Shown here in pieces: positions 25,387-39,400 of a stretch of 64,000 bases of DNA; position 1 is the first letter of the stretch, and the number at the start of each line of letters is the position of its first letter. The stretch comes from Balanoglossus misakiensis (taxonomy: Eukaryota > Animalia > Hemichordata): assembly GCA_040954595.2 (NCBI GenBank), contig CM082596.2, positions 9,258,461-9,322,460 on the forward strand, written 5' to 3'. The position numbers and the translations under genes are program-made. A model generated the notes under the pieces. The model had not been told where the DNA came from and ran no database searches. It saw only the letters and a program-made list of their open reading frames with translations.

Positions 25387-28300
25387 CGTGTGCCGTCAAC
25401 TTGCTGCGCATGCACAGGCTACACAGACCTGGCACAGAGTGGACTGGTCAAGTCTTCGTTTTTGACATCAATGGAATATTAATGAGGTATCAAGCATGCC
25501 CACACGCAACTTGTTTAGTGGAGGTGGACCGGACTCTCTGAGAGGTAGGTGATTTTCACGACCACTGCGGTTTGATATACTATTGTACAAACTTTTTTTA
25601 ATATTTTCGAGTTTTGACAGTGGTAATCTAACACAAAATATATGTGAACCTCCATGCACATATGGACGACCGTTCCCGTTTTTAGTTTTCTTCACTTGTC
25701 GAATAAGGCTGTGTGTATACAACAGTACACTTTAGTCATTCGATAGAATTACTCATGTGTATCTGTGACGATAAAAAACACCAACGCATAGTCGTTACAT
25801 TTCGTCAGACACTGGAGTTCACCAGTAGGTAAGGTATATTTGAAGCCAAATAATAAGTTGGATTCCAGATTATTGTGCGTACATGTACCACGTTGACCTA
25901 CACTGAATTGCTACACTCGAGATTTTTTGGAATTGCGAACGTGCGTGTCAGTGTTCCGTGTATTAATCAGTCCACACGTGTCTCTGTTTGAAATGAAGAG
26001 CGTGTGCATGAAAGATGGATTGACACTGCTCAATCGAGCAGTCATTCATACTTGAAGTAAATTGAAAGCAAATGTGAAGTATAGCGTCAAGAAACGAACT
26101 TGTCCATAATTGTTAATGTTCGTATGATAATTTCTAAACGAAACTGGGGATTGTCCACGTCCAAAATGAATCAAGCAAAATCACTAATTTAATATTTGAT
26201 ATTTCAACAGGTAAGAGTGACGGAAGCCATGCAGTCTGATGCAGTGTATTTCTATTTTGATTTACTGTACATTCTGACAACAAGAGAAGCTATTTCAACG
26301 CCAAGTGACCCGTACGTACACGAAATATCATGTTTTCATCTTGATAAAATTTATTGCTTGCCCGCGTGCGTGCTTGCTTGTTTACTATTTATATCGATTG
26401 ACTGATTGATCGATCGATCGATTAAACGATCGGTCGATTGATGGATGGATGGATTGGATGAAATGATTAATTGAATGATTGGTTGGTTGAAAAAATACGA
26501 CAAGACAAGAGGAATAGACAAAGATAAAAGTGACAAAGTCATTTTAATTAATATTTTCATTTTGCAATATCTCTTTTTGTAGATTATCAATATACAAGGC
26601 TGAACTTGAGAAGGCAAGGATTCGTAGAAATGTTATGTACACGACGAAATCGTACTCAACTAGAGAGGTATACTAATGCGGGTTTCTATGGTGGACCGAG
26701 TGCAGTAGATACCAGTAAGTTGCCTATATCATAATAGAAAGCGGGGAGATCGTCGATGTGGTGTTTTAAACCAGTTTTTAATGTGGACACTATCTGTCAT
26801 ATTGTGGCTTTGTTCTTTGTGTAGATCATCCATATTTAAGGCGATGCCTTCCTCACCCATCGTCAGCTCGCTCGGGTCGTCAATTCGACTACAGAGCTTG
26901 ACCTTGGCGGGCGAAGACGTTTCTCATAAGGCAAATAGCAAGAATTCGATGCCTTCATTATAACCAAAATTCATCCATTCCACTGGGGGCAAGATTAAAA
27001 TCTAGGTCCAATGATAAATACACTTTTGCATCAAAATTAAAGGGACTAAGTCACTCTCTTTTTACCTTTTTGGTCAATTTTCATTGTTATGATAAGTTGT
27101 CTCTGCTGTGTGACTTCTTGAAACATGCTCAAAGTGCTGGTCAACTGTAAACAATCTCCACTCTGCTTGTAGACTAAATTTACATTCGATGAAGGTACAT
27201 TTAAATCAAGCGAATCATGGACAGTGGAGGACTGGAAATATCTGAATGCGCTGTTACCTAAGGTTTAGACCACATGTGGGCGACTGTAATGAGATCTCTG
27301 TTGGCGTGGCCTTTCATATAAATAAGGAATATGTTTTTACATCATTAATTTTAAACACTGCCTTGCCTTGAAAGAACCAACGCCCCCTTTTGGTTGTGAA
27401 GAGCTCAGTCGTGAAAATGTATACGTGCGGTGGCGGATGTCAACTCAAAATCAGGCCATAAATTCCATTCATGCGATCAGCCGTGTCAATGCAAACTTTC
27501 TCTTTCTTTCTTTGACAAACAAAGGTAAAACAAAGCATGCGTTAGACCCGATCGAAAAATACTGTCTTGACCTCGAATGTACACTCTTACGTGACATGTA
27601 CACAAACTGCTATCAAGACGAGGTTGAAGGAACCGATGTGTGAGATGATTGTCTATCTTAAATACTGTTGTTCTCCCACAGTGCTCTCTTCAGTCACGAA
27701 ATGGGCGGGAAACAAATCGCCAATCGTTGGGTTTATTGCTAAAATTACAAACACGCATTTACTCGAGAGAAATGAGTTCAAGCAAAGTTCATTCGATAGC
27801 AACTTGTCGCTTTTAATGCTCTATTGTGTGAGTGGTGGCTTTACTGTGACAGCATTTGGTCAACTTCGGAAGGGGATTGGACCCTCACTGACACTGAGGT
27901 GCGCGATCTAGTTTGTTTGCACCAAATCGTGTACTGCGCGGCCTTCCCTGTATATTTTCGAGGCGTTGGCGGAATAGTGTACTACTGTCATTTTCTTGAA
28001 ATCTTCATAAAGCTGCCCAAATCGAAGCTTTATATAAAAGTATACAGAAAACATTGCCAGTGTACCCGATTGTTTTTATAAAGCTGTTAAGATATTTTCA
28101 CCGTAGAAAAGTTTCAGCATGGGAATGCAAGAGAAGTACTGCATCAGCACTTCACACTTCACTTCCCGCCCCTCTAATTGAAAAAAAGTAGAGCAAATAC
28201 AGCATTTTTCTATTTATTTATTTTTTGCTTCTGAAATTCAGTGATGCACAAAAAGAAATAAACATTGGGTAATTGACATTTTTTATTTTTGAGTCAGCCC

Positions 28301-28533
28301 GAGTGGGTCCTAATTACACATATCAACATTTTGTGACTTTTAATTTTTACCTGGATGTTTAGGCTTTTACAACAGTAAATATTATCAGTAAAACATTGGT
28401 GAATGCGCAAAATATTGCCAAAACCTATAAAGAATGTTATATATTTATGCTAGATCGTTCGTGCGAACTACGCTTATCCATAGTGGTTGGCTGCCGAGAT
28501 TAATAAAGACGTGTGAAAAAATTCAATGAGTTA

Positions 28534-29050
28534 TTTAAGCAATAACCTCCGCCGCAGGCAGGTATACACGATATTTTGGTACAATTCGAGACATATAGCA
28601 CGAGCCGTCAGGCGAGTGCTATATGGAGCGAATTGTACCCAAATCGAGCGTATACCCGACTGAGGCGGGGGTTATTTCTATTATATTATATCAACAATTG
28701 TTTTTGTGGCGTATCAGTGTCATTTTCTAACCGAAACAGCGTCAGAAAGAGAAATTACGATCGTGAACCAACATGGCGACGATGAATGTAAACACGAGCG
28801 GCCGCGATCCAGCCGGGATCGAGCATGAAACATGAAGCAGACGACAAAAAGTGACAAGACGAGCATCGCGCGTGGCAAAGTGACAAATATTACCACAGAG
28901 CAGTTCCAAAATAAAACGTCCGTTAATTCAACAGTATTTTTGTTTTACTTATTTGGTTTAAACACGCGCGACTGTGGTTTAAAGGTATACGGTCACCTAT
29001 GGAAAATTAGCTATAGTTGCCATGGCAAATTGAGATCTAGCCAATCACAG
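28534..29050. mobile_element. Palindrome-ended non-autonomous element (Crypton-like?)
   Basis: Imperfect ~140-bp palindrome 28541-28676 (aataacctccgcc...ggcgggggttatt) next to a ttaagcaata terminus. The right boundary is approximate. Confidence 0.5.
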
Positions 29051-29249
29051 ATTTTCAGTGGGTGGCACACGCGAAAAAAAGGGCACCACCATACGTTCTT
29101 TAGAACGCTCAAATACTCCATTTCAGCCATATATGGGCGTATGTAAATTGGAGGTGACTGTATACTTTTAACCGCACATTTTTGCTGCCGTATGCCAGTT
29201 CAGGGGCCCGTTTTAACACTGCCAGCAGTGCATTATTGAGTATTATATT

Positions 29250-29557
29250 ATACCAGTATATTGATGGTGTAAATCACGCTATTTGATTGGTCGAGACACG
29301 ACACGTGACCGTGATATATTAGCCATATACCACAGTCATATACCATGGTCAAAGAAAATGCCTTTTTAAAATGTTTTATGCAAAGTTTCAATATACTGGC
29401 ATAATATAATAGCAATAAAACACCCCCAGCCATGGTATACCACTCGATTTTGACCAGTTCAACTCCATATACGCACTCGCTATCACTCGTGCGTATATGG
29501 AGTTGAACTGGTCAAAATCGAGTGGTATACCATGGCTGGGGGTGTTTTATTGCTTAA
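29250..29557. mobile_element. Palindrome-ended non-autonomous element, opposite orientation to the previous one
   Basis: Perfect 66-bp arms with a 12-nt spacer at 29411-29554, ending tattgcttaa. Confidence 0.6.
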
Positions 29558-29772
29558 TTTTAGCATCGCTGGATTGAGCTCTCGTCCAATCAGAATTGCG
29601 GACGGTAGCATGATATAATATAATTATTATTTTTACCCCAAATAATAATATTAAGGTAGATGTACATGTGCTATATTCTCCATGCTTCAATGGCAACAAC
29701 GACGAAGTTATATGTAGGAATCCTAACGTCAAATTAACTGAGGCACAATGTTCCTGGTGTTTCTGTTTTCAG

Positions 29773-30315
29773 CACAGCGAACCGTCAAATAGAAGTCAGG
29801 GCAACCACACCATGGCCAACACAAGGTAAGGGCCTTTGTCTTCTTGGGTACTAGAGTTTCCAGCAATATTTCCAGAAGTCAGGATTTGTCTGAAATCATA
29901 AACTTATAACTACATAAGGTTAAGGGTAACTATGGTCCCTAGGACCGCGGGTTAACCAAGCTTTAAAAAAAGCTTGTACGCCTAATGCCCGGCCCGTGTG
30001 TAAAAAAGGAACAATACTATATACACAACTGGAAATCCTGGAGTGCCGGTCCCATAAGTTCTTCTTCTGCTACACGTGATTGGGTCAAAACGATTTCAGC
30101 TCGGCTCAATCTATGTTATGTCGTTATAACAATGGTTTTCTCTTTGTTTTCAGTCGAAACGTGTCGTGGATGGTATGGAGGACGATTTTGTTAACCGGGC
30201 GACTGTCCTTATGCTGCAAGTGACTGCACCTGTATGGACGGGTTTTCCGATTACAACTGCATCAAAAGTTGGTAGTTCCGATGTTTGTTTGTTTGTTCGT
30301 TCGTTCGGCTGTATG

Positions 30316-30367
<52 letters not shown>

Positions 30368-30947
30368 CGTGTCCTTTGGATTTTAAAGGACCTCGACCGT
30401 AATGCTTCTCCCCTATGTAATGTGGATTGTATTTTTTCCGATACAAATTCAAGTTGAATCGAAGATATTATCAACATAATATACTGATGAAAGCTTCAAG
30501 ATAAATAAAAAAAATAATGAGGTTTACTAGCAATTAAGAAATATCTCCCAAATAGCAATATCAGGTTGTATCCAGAAAAAAGTGTCACGGGTCATTTCTT
30601 GCTATTGCTTTCAACCTCGTGTGGAAATCTTCGGCTTAAATGTGACACGGCAACACAATATAAATGTGTGTACTTTTCTAAACCTCTAGTTGACGACCCA
30701 CCAAGTATTGATAACTGCATCGTCACTGTGAAAAATCTCGCCACAAGAGAGGAGAGGGAATCGGCCTGTAGCAGTGGTATGGCGGAGACTTTTTTCGTCA
30801 ATGATCTCAGCATGACAGATGTAAGCGTGTCCTGGTCCGTTCACTACCCGGCAAATCCAACGAGCTATCCGACGAGGCCTTCGTATGTGGTTGACTTCGC
30901 CGTTGGTGTGACCAATTCGACGGCGGAAGTTCTTCTCCAACAGCCTG
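29773..30947 (+). pseudogene. Three internal exons of an extracellular EGF-like-domain protein gene, with an in-frame stop
   Basis: AG/GT-bounded exons 29773-29825, 30154-30267 and 30690-30947 join in phase: ...PWPTQ-VETCRGWYGGRFC*PGDCPYAASDCTCMDGFSDYNCIK-IDDPPSIDNC.... TAA at 30192-30194. Confidence 0.7.
30318..30367. repeat. (ATTT)n microsatellite
   Basis: Direct inspection. Confidence 0.9.
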
Positions 30948-31918
30948 GTGAGTGTCTTCTATTCTCGAATGCCACGACTGTTAGAATGTGTCACACGCGC
31001 ACATCTGTGAAATCATGGTGTAATGGCCGACTTGCATAAAGATGGCGATGACGTCATAGCCGCAATGCATTGTTGTCCTCAGGGGTACAAGGTCGCAGCC
31101 AGGGGGGGGGGGGTTGTGCACGAGAGGGCGCTGTTGCGTTGATCGAGGGCAATGACCGTTAGTTGCTCGCGATGCGTCAGAGTGAAATCTTCCGGTTACA
31201 GTCGTACAGTGTACCTAAAAACGTGAAAAACGAGAAACTATGTTGCAGCAACTGAAGCAGCTGCGGATTCCAAATCGAGTTAGATAACGCTCTTGAGGGA
31301 GATGGCAGTTCGGGCTCTACGATAACCATAAACAGTTTGAAAAGTGTCCAGACTATCGAAATTTTAGCGAAAATTAGTGTTGTGGTGTATGTTGTGAAGT
31401 CAGAACTGGCAGACGGTAATGATCGAGTACGCACCAGCGTCCTTTTAAAAAAAACAATTTTTGCCGGACTTCGAAAATATTTCCTTGCCGGTCAGGATAA
31501 ATGCTCAGCATTTCCAATGGATAGATGTAAGTAGCATTCCCATTTTTATTTTATTTTTGCATTCGTTCAATGAACAGATAACAGTGCGCGCGCGTGCGGT
31601 GATTGCTGCATACTATCAAATAACAACAAAACAAAAGCAACAATTTGAACAAAAACGTATACCGTAGATATCGCGAGGTACATTTTCTTAATGGATCGGT
31701 AATAATGATGTACATTGTTTCCTTTTCAAAGTGTGAATTATAGATGAATTGGCAGATAAAAATAATGTTGACAGAAAAAAATTGCTGAATAAGTATATGT
31801 CAAGCACAGTGTTGCCTGTAGAAGCTTACACCCAATAACAATACTGACAAAATGCCCCTTGATTTTCATATAGAATCACTTTGATGAAGACAAGGACGAC
31901 AAGATCCCTTTCATTGCA

Positions 31919-32449
31919 ATGTATACAATTGTTGAAGACCCTACACTTGACGATGAAGATATTGAAGTCGAAGAGGTACAGTGTGAGGACAGTGAAGATG
32001 AAATCGAGTGTGAAAGCCAATCAGACGAAGATGACCATTTGAACGATATTTATTCATTAACACACTGTGTCCCCTTTAAAGTGATAGGTGTTTTGAAAAA
32101 ATATATATATCAAGATATACTTGAGGAACTGTCAGAACTTATTGTAGATTTACTACGTAACATTAGGGTAAGACTGAAACCCGAACCAGAAAACGAAATA
32201 GACAATGATGCCATTTTATTTCAGGTTTATTTCAATAATAATTGGCGACCAATAGGTTATGTTGTCAAGGAAATCACAAAGTATGTTCATCCAGCAATCA
32301 ACAATAACTTAATTATCTCAATGAAATTAGAATGGGTGGATTATTTAACTTGTTGGAGGAACTCAGGGGTGGGTTACTTTACATCTGTTTTAATTGAAAA
32401 GAAGGGGGAGTGGCCACAAGAAGTTTTACGAGTTTGTAGTACCAGGTAG
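31919..32449 (+). CDS. HIRAN-like domain protein with an acidic linker; upstream part appears disrupted
   Basis: FKVIG...VRLKPEPENEIDNDAILF...PIGYV matches the HIRAN pattern LxxEPxNxxDxxAI...IGYV. Confidence 0.65.
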   Translation: MYTIVEDPTLDDEDIEVEEVQCEDSEDEIECESQSDEDDHLNDIYSLTHCVPFKVIGVLKKYIYQDILEELSELIVDLLRNIRVRLKPEPENEIDNDAILFQVYFNNNWRPIGYVVKEITKYVHPAINNNLIISMKLEWVDYLTCWRNSGVGYFTSVLIEKKGEWPQEVLRVCSTR

Positions 32450-33722
32450 GAAGTAGAGATTTTATTTTGGGTTTATTTTATATTAGCTAAGTTCATTCCT
32501 GGTTGTTATCATCCTTTTCTTCCAAATAAATATGCCGTGTTGGCAACTGGGAAGAATCACGACACATGGTCTTGGTTTCCTGATTTCTAGTTTTGCCTGT
32601 GATAGACATGTCAGTTACTTGCAGATATTTTGGCCAGGGTTACAGAAAAATATGATATTCTAATCACAGGGATAAGGAAAATGTTTAAATAAAGGGAACA
32701 GTGCAATAATGATTTATAAAATTAAAGCTGCAAGCAGCGTTGGCGGGGCACAAGCGGTTCCCATGGTAACCAGCAAATGCCAAGGCTTTATCTGCTGTGG
32801 ATACCACGATATGGGAAAGTAGGTCAAAGGTCACCTGAGGTCACCCCAAATTTGGGCAAAAAAATCGGACCCCATACAAGTCTAGGTCCAACAAAAACAA
32901 GACCCCTAGCTCTATTGGTTCGCCTAGAATTAGGTATGTGCATAATTAATGAGGTCTTGTGTAAGACTCCATATGTGCTCCATCTGCCCCCCAAAAGCCA
33001 GGACTCTAACTGCTGTGGATGCTGAGATATGGGAAAGTAGATCAAAGGTCATCCACGGTCACCCAAAATTTGAGCATAAAATTTTGACCCCAGAGTGGGC
33101 CATGTCCAACTAAAACCAGACCTCTAGCCCTATTGGTTAGCCTGGAATTAGATATGCAGAAAAATGATGTTTCAGAAATAGGTCAAGGGTCATTGCCAAA
33201 ATTACCAAAATATTTGTGTCATGTCCTGGCAGCATGTCCACAAAATTCATGACTGTGGTGCTTTGACAAGAGGAGGTATGGGGAATATGCATATATAATT
33301 AGTTGTTTTAAAACTGGGTCAAAGGTCATGTGAAAATTGCCCCAAAAAATTGTGACAACTTCTGGTCATATGATGACTCATATCCAAAAAAAGAATTTCC
33401 GTGCTGTCAATATTTTGGCTACAAAACGGAATTTTCATTTTTCAATGGTTTTCTGAAAATCCAACATGGCCGCCATAATGATCGACCAATCACAGTGCGC
33501 TTCGCAAACTTGATAGACATAGGTTAGGTGACCACATGCCTCAAATCCCGTGACTCGGCAATCGCTGGTTCTGGAGAAGAAGATTTTAAAAGTTTTAAGT
33601 AGTTTTTCAGAAAAACAATTGTAGCAAAAAAACTTTATGTGTGACGTCATGATTTCAATGGGGTAATATGATGGACAGAAGGTAGGCTACCTGCACACCA
33701 AATTTGAACTCGATCGGCCCAT

Positions 33723-36212
33723 TGTTACATATGTACCGTCGATTACTTGCACTGAGCGCGCGCGTAACATCGGTACTTGCACTCAGTGCAATACCAAAAA
33801 CATTATGCCATACCTGTATGCAAATGAGTTTGATGCCGGAACTACTTTTGTTTGTAAATAAACATCCACGTAAACAGATCAGAAATTGTCGTCTGCTAGC
33901 TTTCACTGTCCTTGAGTTTAACGTTTCGCGATGGAAGAAGACATGTATACGGACAAAAACTACGACAAGGAAAACTGTATTTTTTTATCTCAACGGGAAG
34001 AAGACTTTTACTATCCCGAGGACATGATTTTTCCGATTTCGACTGTTGAACAGCAACAATTATCGACCCCGCAACCAACATCATCGGCCAGCAATGCGAA
34101 TAACAACAACGCAGCTACAACTTCAACTACAAGGGACCCGAGGTTTGTCCGCGTAACTTCCGAAGAGGTGGACAAACAAATCGCGCAACAGAAAAACCCC
34201 AATACAGCCAACAAGACCAGGCGTGAAGTAGCCGTTTTCAACGACTGGAAAATCAACATGACCGAGGAAAGGCGACCGATTCACGAAATACCACCCGGTG
34301 AGCTTGATAATCTACTCGCGTCGTTCTTCTGGTCGGTACGCATGAAAAACAGAATGGAATATGAGCCAGATTCATTATCGAGTTACCAGAAAAGCATCGA
34401 TAGACATTTGCGAGAAATGGAGTACCCACAAAGTGTAATACGTGACGACCATTTCAAAAAAAGCCGAGAGGCACTGGCCGCCAAACGTAAAAAATTAAAA
34501 GCAGAAGGTAAGGGGAACCTGCCGCGCAAATCGTCCCCAATTACGGAGGCGGATGAAAGAAAGCTAGTCGAAAGCGGTCATTTAGGTACCGCCACCCCCG
34601 ATTCCATCATCAACACCATATGGTATAACAACACGAAGTTGTTTGGACTGCGGGGGAGCAATGAACACCACCAGATGAAATGGGGCGACATAGTTGTAAA
34701 ACAAGACCAGCGCGGGGAATATTTAGAATATAACGAGCGGGTGACTAAAACCCGTAAAGGCGAACCAGTGAATACCCGGCAATTTCTACCGAAGGCATAC
34801 GGGACCCCAGACAGCCCTGCTACATGCCCCGTCCGAGTATTCAAAGAATACGAATTTCGAAGGCCGCAGAAGATGAAAGACCCTGCTTCTCCATTTTACC
34901 TCGGCATCCAGACGTTGTCATCCAGTCTGGAATGCGTTATATGGTATGCAGCCCATGGGACGGAACAAGATCGACACCATAATGAAACGTATGTGCACAT
35001 CAGCTGGTCTCGAAGGAAAATTAACCAACCACAGTGCCAGAAAAACATCCATAACTCGGCTACTACACGCAGGCGTTCCACCGAATACCGTAGTTCAGTT
35101 AAGCGGCCACAAGAACGTGAACAGTTTGAACAGGTACGCGGTCGCCTCTGACGATCAACAGAAGCAAATGAGCGACATTTTAACCGGAGCTCAATCGCAG
35201 TACGAGCCAAAAACATCTCAGAATCGCGATCGCGCTGTAGTACCTGTCGATGTCCCCATTCTATCTTCCCAACAGGCAAGCAGTAGTGCTGTCGCTGGTA
35301 TGTTCGCCAACGCTACCATCACTGGCGGGACATTTAATTTTAATTTCAATGTAGCAGGTAATACCAGCACAGCCACAGCCGCATCGCGCTCAATCGACGC
35401 GCCCGCTGCCAAGAGACGACGTCCCATGGTTTTGTACGATTCGGACGATGAATAAACGGACACTTCCGTGTGTTGACATTTTTATATATTTTGAAACGTT
35501 TTGCTTGCCAATGACTGTTTTAATCGTCATGTTTAAAACGTTTTTGGTGTTCCATCGTTTGCTGTTTGTATTTGTTCAGTGTTTCGCGTTTTTGGCAGAC
35601 TGCTGGGAGAGGTCACGATCGTTGTTATTCACGCGATCGAAAGACGGTGCCTTGTTGATTATTTATGACATTTTTTCAGAATTCATGTTTTAGGGACATT
35701 GTTTGTTGATTAAAAATTTCCGAAGTTCACTATATATATCTTGTATTGTCGTTATATTCCCTCTGGCATGTCTCGCCTCAGTTTGCAGTGAGTGGAAGGC
35801 GATGCGATGTTCCGCAGAACAGTACATGACCCCGGCCAAAGACTCGTAAACAAGTAAACAACACTGTCCAATCAAAATTGGGGGCGTGGTAGACATTAGC
35901 CAATGAAAATTTCATGATGTCATCATATCGTAGGCTGTTCACGAAATTACCAAACAACCAAGATCATTCCGAAGTCGCATTTCTTTCGTTTTTTATTAAG
36001 TGGTTCCGATGATTTCTCCTAAAACGGGATTAACATTTGTAATAAAAACAGAACCCCATGGCTCGATCGTGCAAGCACAGCGTCCCGGTAGTATTTGCAC
36101 TCGTGCTGGCGGTGTATTCTTGCGGGGGGCAGCAAGAATACACCGCCAGACACTCGATGCAAATACTACCGTTACGCCGTGCTTGCACGATCGAGCCATG
36201 GGGTTCTGTCAT
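33723..36212 (+). mobile_element. Crypton (tyrosine-recombinase) DNA transposon
   Basis: YR ORF, no TIRs, ~160-bp palindrome at the 3' end (36048-36209), CAT at both inferred junctions. Confidence 0.8.
33931..35455 (+). pseudogene. Crypton tyrosine recombinase (DUF3504-like), one frameshift near 34950
   Basis: EYEPDSL, GLRGSNEH, TKTRKG and CPV in ORF 33931-35151; PMGRNKI, TNHSARKT, SGHKN and LNRY in ORF 34946-35455. Together these give the full R-K-HxxR-H-Y set. Confidence 0.92.
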
Positions 36213-36409
36213 AGTAGTTTTTGGGAAGGACTCGTTTAATGATTTTCAGGAAATCAAATATGGCCGCCAGGTCACGTGACTAATTAAATATTCACGAGCC
36301 ACTGCACGTCTACTCATTGGCCCCTATCACCCTACCAAGTTTCAGACCCCTAGGTGCTGCGGTTTTCCAGATCTACCTGGCCGAATTTCTCGGAAGAATA
36401 ATAATTAAA

Positions 36410-39400
36410 TAATTAAATAAAGAATTATATAAAAATAATAATTTTAATAATAATAGGTCCGATTTCCACAACAAATTCACCATAGGGGTATCTTGGCTCG
36501 AAAAGAACAAAAATGATATCCGTTTAGTGATCACATGTTTCTATGGCAACCATTTTTGGGCTGAAATTATGCTTTTTGTGCTAAGAGAGGGTATCACAAG
36601 TCACTTTAAATAATAATAGGTTGGATTTGAACACAAAATCGCACTGGCAGTATTTTTGGTCACAAAGGAAACATTTGTGGTTTATTTTCCGAATGCACAT
36701 TTATAAGTTGGTGAAATTTGACTTTTCTTTCAAGACAGAGGAACTGCACATGTGCAGAACAACTGGCAATGCAGCCTGCCGATTTCCACAGTTTCACTAC
36801 AAAAAATCACAAGATACAATAGTATCGCTGGGGAATCCAATCAATCGATTGTTCACGCATATTTCCTGACTGTCGACCAGTTTTAAAACATAAATCCATT
36901 GGTATTGCATAAACGTTTACCGTCTATCTGTTGTTGTATGGTTATCGAAGGAAGGCAGTTACAGGACACACTCGTAGAAGTACACACTTTTTGAGTGTTG
37001 ACGGCGAGTCTGTTAAATTTGGCAGTTCAGCGTGACTAAATTTGGCAGTTCAGCGTGACTTCAACACTAAAAAGACAACTAGCAGAAAAGTCTACAAACT
37101 TCTAAATTTCTGGAAATGTTTTATTTGGTATGGTTATGAAATAATTTTCGTTTAGGAAGAATCAAATCTCAGCGACGCACGATAGCTTCTGATGAATGCG
37201 AAGACCCGTCAGCTGACACGCAAATGCAGTCAAAACATAAAATTGAAAATTGAAATTGGAACCGCGAGATGCCTCGTGTGTCTATTCTGTCATCTCGTCT
37301 GAGAAAACAATAAAATTCCCGAGAAATAATAACACGAAATCCAAAGTAACGTGATAACATTTCTTCATTTCTCCGATGCTATTTGGCTGCCGTGTAAACA
37401 TTGCGTCCCGTTTGACACCGACACAAACGTAGCATAACTCAGAGGTCAATTCTTCGATTAAAATCAATGATTTAAACACTAACCTTCCTGTTCCACGATA
37501 TCTGCAGTTTCTATGGCGCTCAAATCTCACGATATGTGCAATTCTTAAGCCAACTGGGGTATTATTCCTGTCGTTTTAGCCACGAAAACTGGGCAGACGA
37601 CACAACGCGAAACAGCTCGTTCACACTCAGTTGACATCGCGTGATTTCAGAGCGTGCGCAAACATACGAAAAATTGCTACAATGTTGTACGTAAATAAAC
37701 TCGGTTCCAACTCGCGTTGGGTTTCGAGCGAAGTTTTGTACCTCAGATCTGTCGTACACACGCTACTCGACTCACCGGGTAACAAGGTTTTAAATAGTGT
37801 TTAACAATACCCGAGGTCTTTTTGTGAATATTAGGTAGAAAATCTCCAACCGAAAGCGTTGAAACGTCGTCTGCAATTTTAGATACATAGGCCACTTTGA
37901 AAAATGTTGTCTTTATGAATCTGAAGTATCACGAATGATTGTACAGGAAATCCACCCGTGCTTATTAAATTGATAGATTGTTTATATAATTCTTTAAACC
38001 CCTTAACTGGTAATTAAATAAAGAATTATATAAAAATAATAATTTTAATAATAATAGGTCCGATTTCCACAAAAATTTCACCATAGGGGTATCTTGGCTC
38101 AAAACGAACAAAAATGATATCCGTTTAGTGATCACATGTTTCTATGGCAACCATTTTGGGGCTGAAATTATGCTTTTTGTGCTAAGAGAGGGTATCACAA
38201 GTCAATTTAAATAATAATAGGTTAGATTTGAACTCAAAATCACACTGGCAGTATTTTTGGTCACAAAGAAAACATTTGGGGTTTATTTTCCGAATGCACA
38301 TTTATAAGTTGGTGAAATTTGACTTTTCTTTCAAGACAGAGGAACTGCGCATGTGCAGAACAACTGGCAGTGCAGCCTGGCGATTTCCACAGTTTCACTA
38401 CAAAAAATCACAAGATATAATAGTATCGCTGGAGAATCCAATCAATCGATTGTTCATGCATATTTCCTGACTGTCGACCAGTTTTAAAACATAAATCCAT
38501 TGGTATTGCATAAACGTTTACCGTCTATTTGTTGTTGTATGGTTAGCGAAGGAAGGCAGTTACAGGACACACTCGTAGAAGTACACACTCTTTGAGTGTT
38601 GACGGCGAGTCTGTTAAATTTGGCAGTTCAGCGTGACTTCAACACTAAAAAGACATCTAGCAGAAAAGTCTACAAACTTCTAAATTTCTGGAAATGTTTT
38701 ATTTGGTATGGTTATGAAATAATTTTCGTTTATGAAGAATCAAATCTCAGCGACGCACGATAGCTTCTGATGAATGCGAAGACCCGTCAGCTGACAAGCA
38801 AATGCAGTCAAAACATAAAATTCAACATTGAAAACGGAACCGCGAGATGCTTCGTGTTTCTGTCCTGTCACCTCGTCTGAGAAAACAATAAAATTCTCGA
38901 GCGATAATAACACGAAATCCAAAGTATCGTGATAACATTTCTTCATTTCTCCGATTCTATTTGGCTGCCATGTAAACATTGCGTCCGTTTGACACTGACA
39001 CAAACGTAGCGTAACTCAGAGGTCAATATTTCGAATAAAAACAATGATTTAAACACTAACCTTCCTGTTCCACGATATTTGCGGTTACTATGGCGCTCAA
39101 ATCTCACGATATGTGCAATTCTAAAGCCAACTGGAGTATTATTCCTGTCGTTTTAGCCACGAAAACTGGACAGACGACACGACGCGAAACAGCTCGTTCA
39201 CACTCAGTTGACATCGCGTGATTTCAGAGCGCGCGCGTACACGCGAAAAATTGCTACAATGTTGTACGTAAATAAACTTGCGTTGGGTTTCGAGTGAAGT
39301 TTTTTACCTCAGATCTGTCGTACACACGCCACCAGACTCACCGGGTAACAAGGTTTTAAATAGTGTTTAACAATACCCATCGTCTTTTTGTGAATATGTA

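Noticed and set aside
27037-27350. Kolobok element starting TTAAAGGGAC
   Set aside because: No matching right end found.
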